DNA from: Raillietiella orientalis | Taxonomy: Eukaryota | Assembly: GCA_036172245.1 (NCBI GenBank) | Contig: JAYWIR010000007.1 | Span: 1,612,001 to 1,676,000 of the forward strand | Direction: 5' to 3' | Length of the DNA stretch: 64,000 bases | Notes under the pieces: generated by a model | Seen by the model: only the letters and a program-made list of their open reading frames with translations | The model's database searches: none | What the model was told of the DNA's origin: nothing | In this document: positions 37,310-48,860 of the stretch, in pieces | Layout of the letters: the number at the start of each line of letters is the position of its first letter | Numbering within the stretch: the first letter of the stretch is position 1 | Made by a program: the position numbers and the translations under genes

Positions 37310-39285
37310 TTCAGCGGACAGATGGTGCACGGCATGCCGTGAGACGCGGCATACGGCAGGGAGACAGTCTGAGCCCCCTGCTCTTTAGCACCTATTTCGA
37401 ATAGGTGCTGAGAGCATACAGGGAGACTGTGACTCTCCAGCGCGTATGTCCCGGCACGCCTGCCGTCTCAGCATATGCGGACTATCTTCTGCTGCTGCTC
37501 TCCACGCCCTCCTCGGCATGCGCACTCCACGGTTTCTTTCAGCTACTCATCCGCGGAATGGACCTGCTGGTAAACAAAACGAAGTCGTCCGTGGTTCCAC
37601 TTGGTGCGGCATGGACGGGGCGGTTGGACTTGATCCGCCTGGAAATATCCCACGGGCCGGTGCTTGAAGTACTGGCCGTTCCATTGGAGGATGTCTGCAT
37701 CGCAGAAGCTGGGCCGGCCGTCTTCAGAAAGCACTGCAGGCTCTCGGCCCGTTTCAAACAGGCATGCCGGAAAGGGTCACAGTGTGAAACACCTTCGGGA
37801 TCCCCCTCCTCTACCCCCTGCTTTTTGTTTGCTTCCCGCCATATAACATTATGAAGAGGGCAAAGGACCTCCTCCGGATCGCCTTCTGGGGCAAAGGGAG
37901 GCCCGAGTCCTCCTAAAGGACTTGTGTGCTTCGCGTCGTGACGGCGGCCTAGGCCTCCTGATGCTGGAGCGAATGGAGCTGCAGCTCCAGTTTCGGACAC
38001 ATGCGCTCGTGGCAGACCTCTGGAACACCACCAACCTGGTGCCAATCTGCACGCCTACTCGTCCAGCAAGCCACCGGATGCGTAGGACTCGCGTCCTTCC
38101 TTGCGCGCCTTCCACGCAGTCTCTTTAACGGTGGCCTGCACCTTCGGCAGGTAGCCACACAGGCCAGGAACAACGGATGGATCTCGTGCCTTCCTGAGAA
38201 CGGTAGTGCCTGGTTGCAGAAAACCGTTCGCACGTGGGCGTGGACCCAGGAGCCAAGTGAGGAATCATCGAGACATCTCCTGTACGCGCCCAACAACAAC
38301 GGCACGCTCCGGGAGATGCTGGAAGATCCCGCGACGAGTGCATGGACAAGCAGAACCTCCCTCGCCATCGCGCTGCCTTCCCTTAAGGAGCACATGGGCC
38401 GTGGCCTTACGGCTAGATGGGAGGTCTCCGTGGAAATCTCCGGAAGAAGGAAAGGACTGGATAAATGGACGACGTGCCAGCTCAACGACTCTGCGATCCC
38501 GGTTGTTCGACCTCATGGACTTTTGCGCTGGGGCGTGCTACTGAATATTCGGGAGGAAGACCTGCACTGGCCCCGGTGCTCACGAACACCCGCGCCCTCC
38601 CCTTAAAGTGACAGGGTTCGACATTGATGCTGCTGCACTGGGGCCTCCCGTGCAACGCCCGCCGGCATCATTGGACATGGGTGTGTGCGAACCCAAACTG
38701 TGAGAGGTGTGGGGAACGGGAATCCCATCCTCACCTCCTAGTGGACTGTGTTGCCCTCCGGCACCTTTGGGTACGCTTTGCTGAAACGCTTGGGACCCCC
38801 GGCGGCAACGCCAGAGACATTCTGAAGTGTCTCTTCCTGAGCGACGCCCTCATGCCGGTCGCATCCCTAGCAGCACTCTCCTGCCTACGCGGCGGGACCG
38901 TGGCTGCATGGGGCAACGCCAGAGGAGGCCAGAACTACAGGAACGCCATCTATTTTGCTGTCCCTTCATGAGAACAGCGTCAAGATGGCCCTATCTGGGA
39001 GTCCTCAAGCAGGAACTTGCTGGCATCCTGCATAAGATGCAGAGGCCACCCTACAACACAGAGGGATCCTTTCCCGAATCCCCCCATTTTTGACTGTATG
39101 TTTTTTGTTTTATTTTTTTCTTTTTGTTTGTCTCCCCTTCCCCTATACTGTCCAGACGGATCCCGCTGGCCTGCGTGCCATTTCCTGGCGGGTTCCCTCT
39201 CGTAGTTATAAGTAACGTGGCAGGATCAAACGTCTTGCCACAGACGTTTATTTTTTATAAATAGACGCCCCGGCGTGACCGGATG
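37310..39285 (+). mobile_element. 5'-truncated L1/Tx1-like LINE, RT motif 4 to 3' end, with stops and frameshifts
   Basis: RRGIRQGDSLSPLLF, SAYADYLLL, VNKTKS, CASRRDGGLGL, LHWGLPCN...NCERCGERESHPHLLVDC, 3' UTR and both hairpins. Confidence 0.9.
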
Positions 39286-40439
39286 TCGACCAGTGCCACA
39301 CCCGAAGCCTATAAGGCCAACTACCAGAGCTATCCTGCAGGGGGGCATTTTTCGGCACCGATGCTGCGCCCCGAGAGGGATTCGAATGCGCAGAGCTCTG
39401 TGCTACGGAGCTCAGTGCGGAGAACGCACGGCCACACGGCCGACGACGCGGGCCGAAGGTGAATGGATGCATACGGAGGACGAGTGGGACCTGTCCCTCC
39501 CTCTCCCCCCCCACCCGCCGCTCCCCCAAAAGCCCCGAGCGTGGCCGCTGCTAGGGTCGGAAGGCGGCGTGGCCAAGAGTCCGCGGCGCTGCGCGCGGTA
39601 AATCTCCCCCTCCCCGCAGACGGCGCCGGCCGGCGAGCGGGAGACGAAATTCCGGGAGTCCGCCCCGCGTAAAGCACCCCAAGGAAGCGAATCAGCAAGG
39701 CGAATAACGGCGCAGACATTTCGACGGGGCTACGGCCGTTCCGGATTGCGCCCAGCAGCCGAGCGATACGGGCATTCCCGTCCTCCTCGAAGGGGCGCGC
39801 GGCTTTACGGGCGTGCAAAATGAAGGGATCGTCTCCCATCCGGGCTCCGGACACAACACGCGGAAAAACACGAGGGGCACAAAAGGAGTGCACCCAAGCG
39901 AGTTCGCCTGGAATCCGGGTCCGACCGGGATCAGATTCGCGATTCCTGCATAAATTTGGCCGTGCGCCGCGTGCGTCCGCGTCTTCCCGGCCCCGGAGTC
40001 CCCTCCCCCCGTTACGATTGTGTTTGCAAGCTCATCTGGAGAGTCCCTCCCATTGTTCCCCCTCGCTGTCTCGGCTGCAACTTCCGTGCTCGCTTTCAGC
40101 CGCCTGCACGCCGAAGAGGAACGGCGTTCCCATTCCATTCCACGCGAGCTGTCCGGAAAGCTGTAAATCCCAACCAGCATCCCAACGAGCGTGTTGCTCC
40201 GAGCGAACTCGGTCGATGCCTTCCACGAGTGGCCTCGGACCCGCTCCCGTACAGCGCAGTGCCGTTTTGGGAAGCTCGCCGATCTTGCACACGTTCCCCT
40301 GAATCCTCCCCCCATTTTCTTGCTTTCCTTGCTTCTCTCTTTCTTTTTCTTTTTTCTGAGGGGGGAAGGGGGATGGTATTTATTTATTATCCTTCTTTCT
40401 TTCGCTCCGGACTGCCCCGGCAAACGACCTGCGTTGACC

Positions 40440-40575
40440 TCCGAAGGAGCTTTTCACTTCCTTTTGTTCTGTTTCTGTTTTGTTTTTTGTTTTTTTTTAT
40501 TCCGGGAACAGGGTTGCCAACTTGCATATTTATTTTTTTTTCTTCATACAATACGCGCCCCGGAGTCACCGGGCG
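40440..40575 (+). mobile_element. Possible additional LINE 3' end
   Basis: T-rich tract followed by cccggagtcaccggg hairpin. Confidence 0.4.
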
Positions 40576-41999
40576 AAAATCTCGCACACGTGAAACGGTA
40601 ACCAATCACTTGCTAATGCTGGGCCGCTTGCTAATAGCGACTTTAAGGCGAAGCAGGGATTATCTCGCATGCTTTGCAACTGCCGGATGAGCTGCTGAGA
40701 GCAGCCACTTGCCTGTCTTCTTTCTTGCCTCCTCTTTTTTTTCCTTCTTTCCTTCCTTCCTTCCTGCAACCCTTCTGGAAGAGGAAAAACGGTACGGAAA
40801 CAGAGCTCTTCTTCCCTTGCTCGATCCGAGGACGAATGGCTTCGACGTTGTAAAACGCCGGTACGAAAGATATTCATCATCTGGGTGCACGGAAACGATC
40901 GTTCTGGAAGCAACTAATACTCTTGCAGAGAAGTGAAACGCATCCAGGAAAAGATTACCATCACCGTTATTCATACTCGCAGCATGAGATGGGCTCCAAG
41001 ATGGGAATCTGCTGCTAATAACAATCTCGGGCCTTACTGACAGGAGAGCACTCCGCTCCGACAACTGATTGTACCAGAACTTATTAGTAGATAAAATCAG
41101 GAAGGACAATTATGTCTCGTCAAACTGATGAAGGAACATTCCATCACGTCAACCGGGACCATAAACAGGAACAAGTAATGCTATAAAGTCATTTGGTACG
41201 GGATTGGTGTGGGGCTCCGCCATGTGTGTGCTTCAGGGTCCGTGGCTCACAGTTCGGAACCTCCGCCAACAGCGAGAGCTGGGATTCAGGGTCATGTAGG
41301 GTGCGAGTGCCGCCAGACGTTCCCTGTGTACAGGTGAACCTTCCCGGCCCACTCCTCGACCAGCCCACGGGGCGAAGTCCTCCGAAATCAACCTGGACGA
41401 AGAAGGAGAGTCCAACGCTCTCCTTCGCTCGAGTTGGTCCAACCTTCGCGATGCATCAGCTGACGGTTCTCCTGCCTCCTCCTTCCTCCCCGAACAAGGA
41501 GGTGCTTGCAGCCCAGAGTTCGTGCAAGCCGAAGAGGGAACCCCTGTGAAGGCGAAAGAAATCATGTAACAGAATTGAGCTGCTGTCACGGGAAAGCATC
41601 GGTCTTTTTCTCTTGCTGTCTCTTTTTCTTTTTCTTTTTTTTTTTTAAAAAAAGGGACCTGAAGAAACCTGGAAGTCTTCTTCCGAAACACCGGCTGGTA
41701 GAGGCTGACTTTCGATCCCCAGCTACCTTGGAGTCCCATTTCCCATCCCGCCGTCATGATAGTTTACCTCATCTTGCACGAATCTTACGGACCGCTCGTA
41801 CGCGAGCACACAAAACGCTGACTGCCAACAGTCGGCCTCCGACTAAGGGACGCTTCGGTTGCCGGCGAAGGCTGCAGCAGCACCAAATCACCACCTGAGC
41901 GGCCGAGCAGGTCGGCTGCTGCAGGACCGTGTGCACTCTCGGCCGTTACTGATGGTTACGAGCCACAATAAATCAGCGAAGGTACACTCGTAAAGTCAC

Positions 42000-42620
42000 T
42001 TCCACGATCGTAGAAGACCCGAGATGCTATCCCGAGGACCGCGAACAGCCGTCCACTGACAGCTGCGCTCCACTTACCAAAACAGGAAACAGGAAGTGAC
42101 CGAAGTTCAGTCTCCGGTGAACGAGCCGCTTTCTCCGACAGCGGGTCCCCTCATTTGTCTTTCGCACATCCCTCACGAGCGTCAGTTCCTCGGGGTGACC
42201 AAACAAACAGGTTCCCGTTATTGTGCTTCCCGATCCTTTCGGGATAAAAAATAAAGCCGCCAGACTTTCCATTTCCCGACTTTCTCTGCGAGCGCGGTGC
42301 TGGAGGATACCCTTGAAGTCATCAAACTTCTTCCCGTTTTCCGAAACAAACAATTTTCTTCCCGGGATGCCGCTCTGCACGTTTTCCAGAGAGGAACAGA
42401 TTACGAGAGAAAGGATGTCTCTGTAGTCTGAACTCCCTGCCCTTCGTGAGCGGAGCAGCTGTCGGGCTCAGTGCACTGCTCTGCTCATCATCCATGTCTT
42501 TGGGAGAATCCACCGAGAGGTTGGTCCACGGGGCCTCAGGAGAGTTTTGGACTCCACCACCAGCGATCTTCAGGTCAGGAGGCCTCGCTTACCATCCGCG
42601 ACTCGGGATGCTCACCACCT
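42000..42620 (-). mobile_element. Decayed LTR-retrotransposon integrase, BEL/Pao-like
   Basis: Collinear relics PWTNLSVD, SRAVH* (~TRAVHLE), GIP..FVSENGKKF (~GxP..SDNGxxF), FFIP...LVRDVRK (~FIP..LVRSVK) and GHFL. Confidence 0.5.
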
Positions 42621-43804
42621 TCCACGTCGACCAAGACCGGAAGCGGAAGCGCTGGCTCTCAGAAATCCTGAGGGTTTTCGGGGGGATTTCTGGAGGCGTG
42701 GAGGCGTCTACGTGTTCGTACTTGGATTCCCCGGGAGATCTGCGGCCCGAGGATGAACAGCGAGGCACACGCGCAGCAAAGGGTTTCCGAGGGAAGAGAC
42801 AGGTCACCTACATCCGAATGGCGAAAGAAAAGCTGACCTCAGAGAGGCTTCGGGTTCGGAGATTTGCGGCGACCTCCTGGTTCGTGTAAGAAGGGGAGAG
42901 AGGGGGGGGGGGAGTTTGCCAGAAAGCGATGCTTTCAGAAACATCCGCCGGTAGCAGAAGTCTGTCCGGCAGTGTTTACCCAAGCGATCGCTGCATGCAG
43001 AATGGAGGTACCACAGAGTAACTACGCAAACCTCCCACTCAAAGAGCTTAGTTCCATCCGTACAAAGCTTCCTGGGAAGGAATGCTGGATGAATTAGTCG
43101 CTCAAGATGTGTGGTAGCACAGCATCGGGGTCTTGGGTTCTTGAATATTCCATCGAGAGGACTATTTGTGCAAAGTAAAGGGCCATTCCTGTGGTTGAGT
43201 CGTCTACTCAGCTAAGTTCCTCAGTGGACGGGAGAACAAGATCGTCGCTAATGAAGGGCTTGCTGCCTTATGTGCAGCTACGTGGCGTTGTTCCGAAGAG
43301 GAACAAGGAAGGACACGGGCCATCTTCGCGATTTTTGCCTCTGAGTCATGATGGACGTCGGAAATGATGATGAGTGGTGCACGTGGAGCTGGATCCCATT
43401 TGCACATGGGAGGGCGAGAAGACTGCCATCTCGAAGGGGACACCATGAAGAGATGCCTGCCCTCTTGCTCTTCCGAGTGCATTTTCCAGGTATGAAGGGA
43501 GAGGGAAGGGATTCACAGTTGATTCCCTAAACGTCTTCTGCATCCTCTCGAGGTTGTGAGTAATCTCTACAGGTAAGTCCGTCTCATGGTGATCCTCGTA
43601 AAGGAAGTGGAGTCCCTGTTGATTTGCCTACTCTTTTCGGCATAGCTTCGAGCCAACCACTGTTCCGTGGAAGCAGCAGTCAATTGCTATCGCCTAGGCA
43701 GGTTACATTCCATTTCATCTGAAGAAAAGCTTGCCTTAGTTCCTCGGGTTACCCGATGGGCTTCGATTTAGACTTTCCTTAGAGACCTCTAAGTAGCTTT
43801 ATCA

Positions 43805-44200
43805 ACCGGTCACGCAGGGGCGTTTATTATAAAAACAACAAACCTATGGGTATTGGTGGTGGAGCTCTCGGCTCTACCAAGTTCGAAAAACATGGAGTCT
43901 GACGGGGTGCCGATACGAAGACCGGCAAGGTCCTCCTCGGCAACAAAAGAAAAGGCAACAAACAAAAAGGAAGAAATAAATAAATAAACAGTAAACCTTT
44001 GGGTAGAGGAAGGAGCTCAGAAAGGGATCGCTGTCCGTTGCAGAGGTGACGGCAAGTTCCTTCTGCATAGTTCCCAGGTTGTAACCATCTCGTGACGATC
44101 CTCGTGAAACGTTTCTTCCGGTGGATGGCGTCCCTTCCGTTCTGGCGTCTTTCGGCGTTTCAGGCCGCCACTGATCTCAAGAAGACAGCAGAGAACTGCC
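43805..44200 (-). mobile_element. LINE 3' fragment
   Basis: RRQNGRDAIH (cf. GRNGRDATH), T-rich UTR, hairpin 1 at 43857-43879, aataaacgcccctgcgtgaccggt. Confidence 0.75.
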
Positions 44201-44269
44201 AAGGATGCGCTTACGGTACGAAAAGGCGTTCAACCACGCGGTGGACAGTCCGCTCTGGGTCCCGTCTGA

Positions 44270-45945
44270 GATCTTCGCGCGTGGTACCAAGCACTGCGGG
44301 TTCCTATCTCATAGGTGGAAGGATCGACGCCGAGAATTGGGGGTATGTCGTGGGTTTCGATTTCCTTCCACGAAATGACGCTGGTTGGCCTATTCGGGTA
44401 CGGCAATGGTAGGAAGTCGGGAAACGGATGCCCCCGTTGACTGGCCAAAATTTGGAAGTGGACTCCCCGAGATCCTTCCAGGAATTAAGGAGCTATTCCC
44501 CTCTGGTTGTGAGAATGGAGCCATCCCCTTTCTCGGAAAAGGATCCTCCATAGAGTACGGTCTATTGGGAGCTGTGTGATTCCCCCTCAGGGGACTGCCC
44601 CTCCAGTATATGAGAAGCGCGGCTGCTCCCTTCAGGGAGCGTCCTTCAGAGAAATTCGGAAGCGCCCCTTCGGGGTTCTCTTCAGAAAAGGAAACAAGGA
44701 TCGGTTCCCCTGTGGGTTCCTTCCGGAAAAGAAACAATGGAGCAGTCCCCTTCAGGGTCTCTCTGGAGATAATAAAGAAGAGGAGGTTCCCTTCGGGGTC
44801 CCCTTCAAAGACAACCAGTGTGGAGGTGATTTCCCTTCGGATATCCCTTACCAGGCGTAAGAGGAAAGGGCTTCTTCCTCCAGAACCTTGCCGGATTCAT
44901 AGGGTGATTCCCTCTCGGGGTATCCTCTAACTTGAAGAGTTGCACGCACGGCGTGGACAGTGTCAAAGAGCTTCGTGAGCCGGCAGGCGAAGTTGAGGTG
45001 CTCAGAGAACCAAAAAAAAGAAAAAAAGGAAAGCAGCGAAAACAGGAAAGAACCCAAAGGGATTTCCATCGTCACCTGAGGCTCTCGGTGAGGTGAGAAG
45101 GAACGTGCTGCATAGCTGCAAGGAAGAAACTTCTGGGGGAAAGGACAACTCGGGAAGTGACGAACGCTCCGACCCCCCGTGTTCCACCCCACGGAGATGC
45201 ACGCTGAGGAGAGCTGCTCGACATCCCTCCGGAGAAGGTGAAGTGGCTCCCAGAGTGCTGGAACCGTAGCGCCCTCCTCTTCGAGTGGCGGGAGTTGGAG
45301 TTTCTGGTGTTGCATGGGGAATCCCGTGCCAAGAGAGCCTTCGCCACTGGACACGGGGAGTGTGGGCGATAATTACGACAGTTGCGGGAAGAAGGAGACC
45401 CTCCCGCACCTGCTGTTGGACTGCGCTGCCTTCCGAGTCCTTTGGGGTCGCCTCCCGACGACCCCAGGAACCCCGGCGGGCGGTCCCAGAGACATTTTTC
45501 GATGCCTGTTCGCGCGTGCCGCTCTGCCGCCCGCAGTCGCCCGCTGCCTTCGCAGGATCGTCGCGTCCTGGGACGCCAGAAGAAGAGGCCGAAATGGCAG
45601 GGACGCCACCCACCGAGCGCTGATCTTCCTGAAGACCGCCTCGAGATGGTCTCACCTGGGCGAGACACAGATGGAAGTTGTGGGCATCCTGAGCAGGATG
45701 CAGAGGACGCCTGGCAGCGTACCGTGATTTCTTCCTCGGTTCCGTGTGAAACTCCTGTCCCCCTCGTTTTGTTTGTTTATCTTTTTGTTTTTGTTTTCCT
45801 TCCCCCACGCTGCCGGAGAGGACCCCTTTTGTCTGCGTGACGACGCTCCTCGGCAGGTTCATTGCGCGTGGTAGAACCAACGATTCGGCCACATTTTTAT
45901 CACGTAACGTAATAAATGCTCCAGCATAACCGGGTGAGAATCATC
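44270..45945 (+). mobile_element. Composite element: tRNA-like head, monomer body, linker, ~850 bp LINE tail
   Basis: Head gcgggttcctatctc; body; gtggacagtgtcaaagagcttcgtg; zf-RVT; aataaatgctccagcataaccgggtgagaatc. Confidence 0.85.
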
Positions 45946-45974
45946 ACCTGTAGCTGCCTCCCGGGATCCTTGAG

Positions 45975-46460
45975 ACCGTAGCAAAACAAGCGCGACCCCG
46001 GAATGTTTCAGGTCTGTGGACTATGTTGCCCTCCGGCCCCTGTGGGACGTTTAGGATTGGCCTTCCGGATCCTGGTTTGCACCTCAGGGACGTTTTTCGG
46101 CTCCTCTTCGTGAAGGAAGTCCTGCAACCAGCCGCAGCCCTAGCAGCGCTCTGCTCCATCCGCAGGATTGCGGCGGTTTGGTGCGAAGCCGACAGAAAAA
46201 GAAATGCCGTCCAGCTCGCAGCTCTCTTTCTGCGGATGGTGGCCAGATGGTCCCACCTGGAACCTATTCGGATGGGCCTAGACGGCATCCCGGAAAGGAT
46301 GTGGATTGCTTCAATGGACAGTGGTCTCTTTCCGACTTTCCCAAAGATTTTTATTTATTTTTATTTACTCTTCACTTTATTTTCCTTTTTGTTTTTCTCC
46401 ATCCCCCTTCGCTGTCAAGGGGAGTCTGGTCGGTCTGCTCATAGGTCGATGGACAACCGG
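45975..46460 (+). mobile_element. Decayed LINE ORF2 C-terminus and UTR
   Basis: RDVFRLLF...RNAVQLAALFLRMVARWSHL followed by a T-rich tract. Confidence 0.75.
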
Positions 46461-47849
46461 AATGTGCCAGAACCATGTGCCCCTCCAGAATGTTTCCCTT
46501 AAATTTCAAGGGATTACCTAGCGTGTCCGGGTGGAAAGTAGAGATAAGCAGGGTGGAGGGTTCCCTTCGGAGATTCCCTCCCAGGAGAGAGAGGAACGGA
46601 CTCCCTTCTCCGAAGTCCCTTCCTAGATCCGTAGAGTGGTTTCCTACCAGAGTGCCCCCTATGTTGAAGAGTACATCCATGAAACGGAACGGACAACTTC
46701 ACCAATGACCCCGCTCAAGCAGGAGAGAGGCAGAAGAAACCGGTGCGACGGTTTTTTTTTTTTTGGCTCGTTCATCAGCTGAGGACGGGAATAGATTGAA
46801 GTCGTGGCTCCCTCTTGAGTCTTCTGGACCCGGCCGAATCCCAAGTTTTGAGCCACTCACATTCTTCTCCGATTCGCCATCTAAGAAGATCCATGATGCA
46901 GGTCACTGATGTGAATTCGTGAGAAAACAGACGGACGATCGGGTGAGAAGGAATTTCGATCGTGGTGGAGTCCAATCAGAACGCAAGAGCACGCGTTCTG
47001 ATTGACTGAGGAGATCGACTTGTGCGGGTGCGTCCAAGGAAGTCCAACTCTTTGATAAAGAAGTTCACGTGTGACCTGAAAGAATTCCCCCTTGGAAAAC
47101 AGGGAGAGCGGGGCAATGCCACGTTCGGTTGTTGGTAATCAGGGGACTCGAGGGTGGGCCCACGAGAGGAACTCTCCTTTGATGCTCTCACATCTCCTTG
47201 TGGAGGCGCAAAGACTTGAGCTTCTGAAAATCTGACCCTTCCGCAACAGTGGAGGTAGCTTCCGGAAGGAGAAAGAGAGAAGATTTTAGGGAATTCTCAT
47301 CTTCAGGGCTGTGGAGTGGGCGTTGCTGTTCCTCGCCTTGAAAAGGTCACTGACGCGCTGGCGGTCGTGAGGCTGCGGTCTCCACTCGGGGAGGTGCCAA
47401 GAGTCGCAGGTTCACATCCACACGTGGAAAATCGACACTGAGAAATGGGAGCGTTGTGTGCACCCACAGAATGGTGCTGCCCGTCCCGCGGGCTTCGAGT
47501 GCGGCTCTAACGGGACGCTCGTGAGAGCTGGAAACCGGACGACCTCGTTGAACGGTCTCCGGGATTGGAAGTTGGGACTCTCCGAGGTTCTTCTGGGAAT
47601 TCTATCGGGTCAGTTCCCCTTCAGTGTTTCTTCTTCCCTTCCCCCCTTCCTCAGTTGTGAAAATGGGGTCAAACTCCCACTTCTTCCATCGCGTTCCACG
47701 AAGCCGGTTCACCCCTAAGAGAGGCGCCTCCCCAGAGCGCTTCCCTGGGAGAGGAGGGCGAGTGTTCGCTTGCCCGTCCTTACAACGCAGTGTGGTCTTC
47801 CTCCCGGGAACATCCCTGGTCATTCGCTAGGAGTCAGCGGCCGTGCAGC

Positions 47850-48860
47850 CACGGTTTTCTCCCAGATGACCCGGGGAATGATCAACCCCAGAGAAATGGG
47901 TGCATCGTGGGTTTCGAGTCCTTCCCCCCTCCCTTTCGAGATGACACTGGCCAATTCGGGTGCGGCACTAGTGCAAGCCGGTAATCGGGTGCGAACTGGC
48001 TGGGATTTGAAGCTGACCTTCTGTGGTCCTTCCAAGAGCACTCTAGTTCCTGCAGAGCTGCCCTCCAGTTGTGCGGATGGTGCCGTGTCTTTCTCCCCTC
48101 GGGATGGGACCCTCATTGAGTACCACGGAGCTGGTGGACTAATGACACTTCTTCAGAGTGTCAAGAAGCGCCCTTCAGAGAAAATAAGCGGGAAGCGTCC
48201 CTTCGGGGTTCTCTTCGGAGGAGGAGGGAAATAGGGAGCGGTTCCCTTGCGGATTCCCTCTGGAAAAGAAATGAGAAATTCCTCCCCCATCCGGGGGTCC
48301 CTCCAGAGATGATAAGGAAGGAGGTTCCCTTCGGAGACAACCAGGGTGGAGGGTTCCCTTCGAGGTCCTTTACCAAGCGTGAGAGGAAAGGACTCCTTCC
48401 TCCGGAGCCCTTTCCGGATTCATAGGGTGGTCTCTACGGTGTTTCCCCCTGTCTTGAATAGTTGACAAGCACTCTCGGGTGGCGCAGACGGTGTCAAAGA
48501 GCTTACTGAGCCTCTCTTACGGAGAAGAATGGTTCTTCAGTATTCGGAGAACCAAAATGAAGGGAGCTCCCCCCCCCCCACACGAAATTCTGGAACCGCA
48601 TTTTCTTGTGTTTCCAAAATTTCGGCCGTACGGAACGAATGGAACTCCCTACTGGAAATTTCCGTGGAAGACCTGCAGTGGCTCCTGGAGCTTCTGGACA
48701 GACTCACCCTCCCATTAAAGCTGCAGGAGTCGATACTGCTGGTGCTGCTGCTGCACTGGAGCCTGCCGCGCAACGCCCGCCGGCATACCTGGACACGGGG
48801 TGTGTGCGGACCCGAATTGTGCCAGGCGCGTGAAGCGCGAATCCCTCCCGCACCCTAGGA
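47850..48860 (+). mobile_element. Older composite element copy (body, linker, LINE zf region), 3'-truncated
   Basis: gtgggtttcgagtcc; monomer body; gacggtgtcaaagagctt; LPLKLQES..LLLHWSLPRNARRH. Confidence 0.7.

Noticed and set aside
33746..45968. Single 12-kb DNA transposon (Polinton/foldback) with long TIRs
   Set aside because: The arms are retroelement-derived, no TSD was seen, and the interior is mixed debris without transposase or PolB.
46900..47200. FFIKELDFLG, resembling an LTR/DIRS RT motif
   Set aside because: A single isolated motif with no supporting neighbours.
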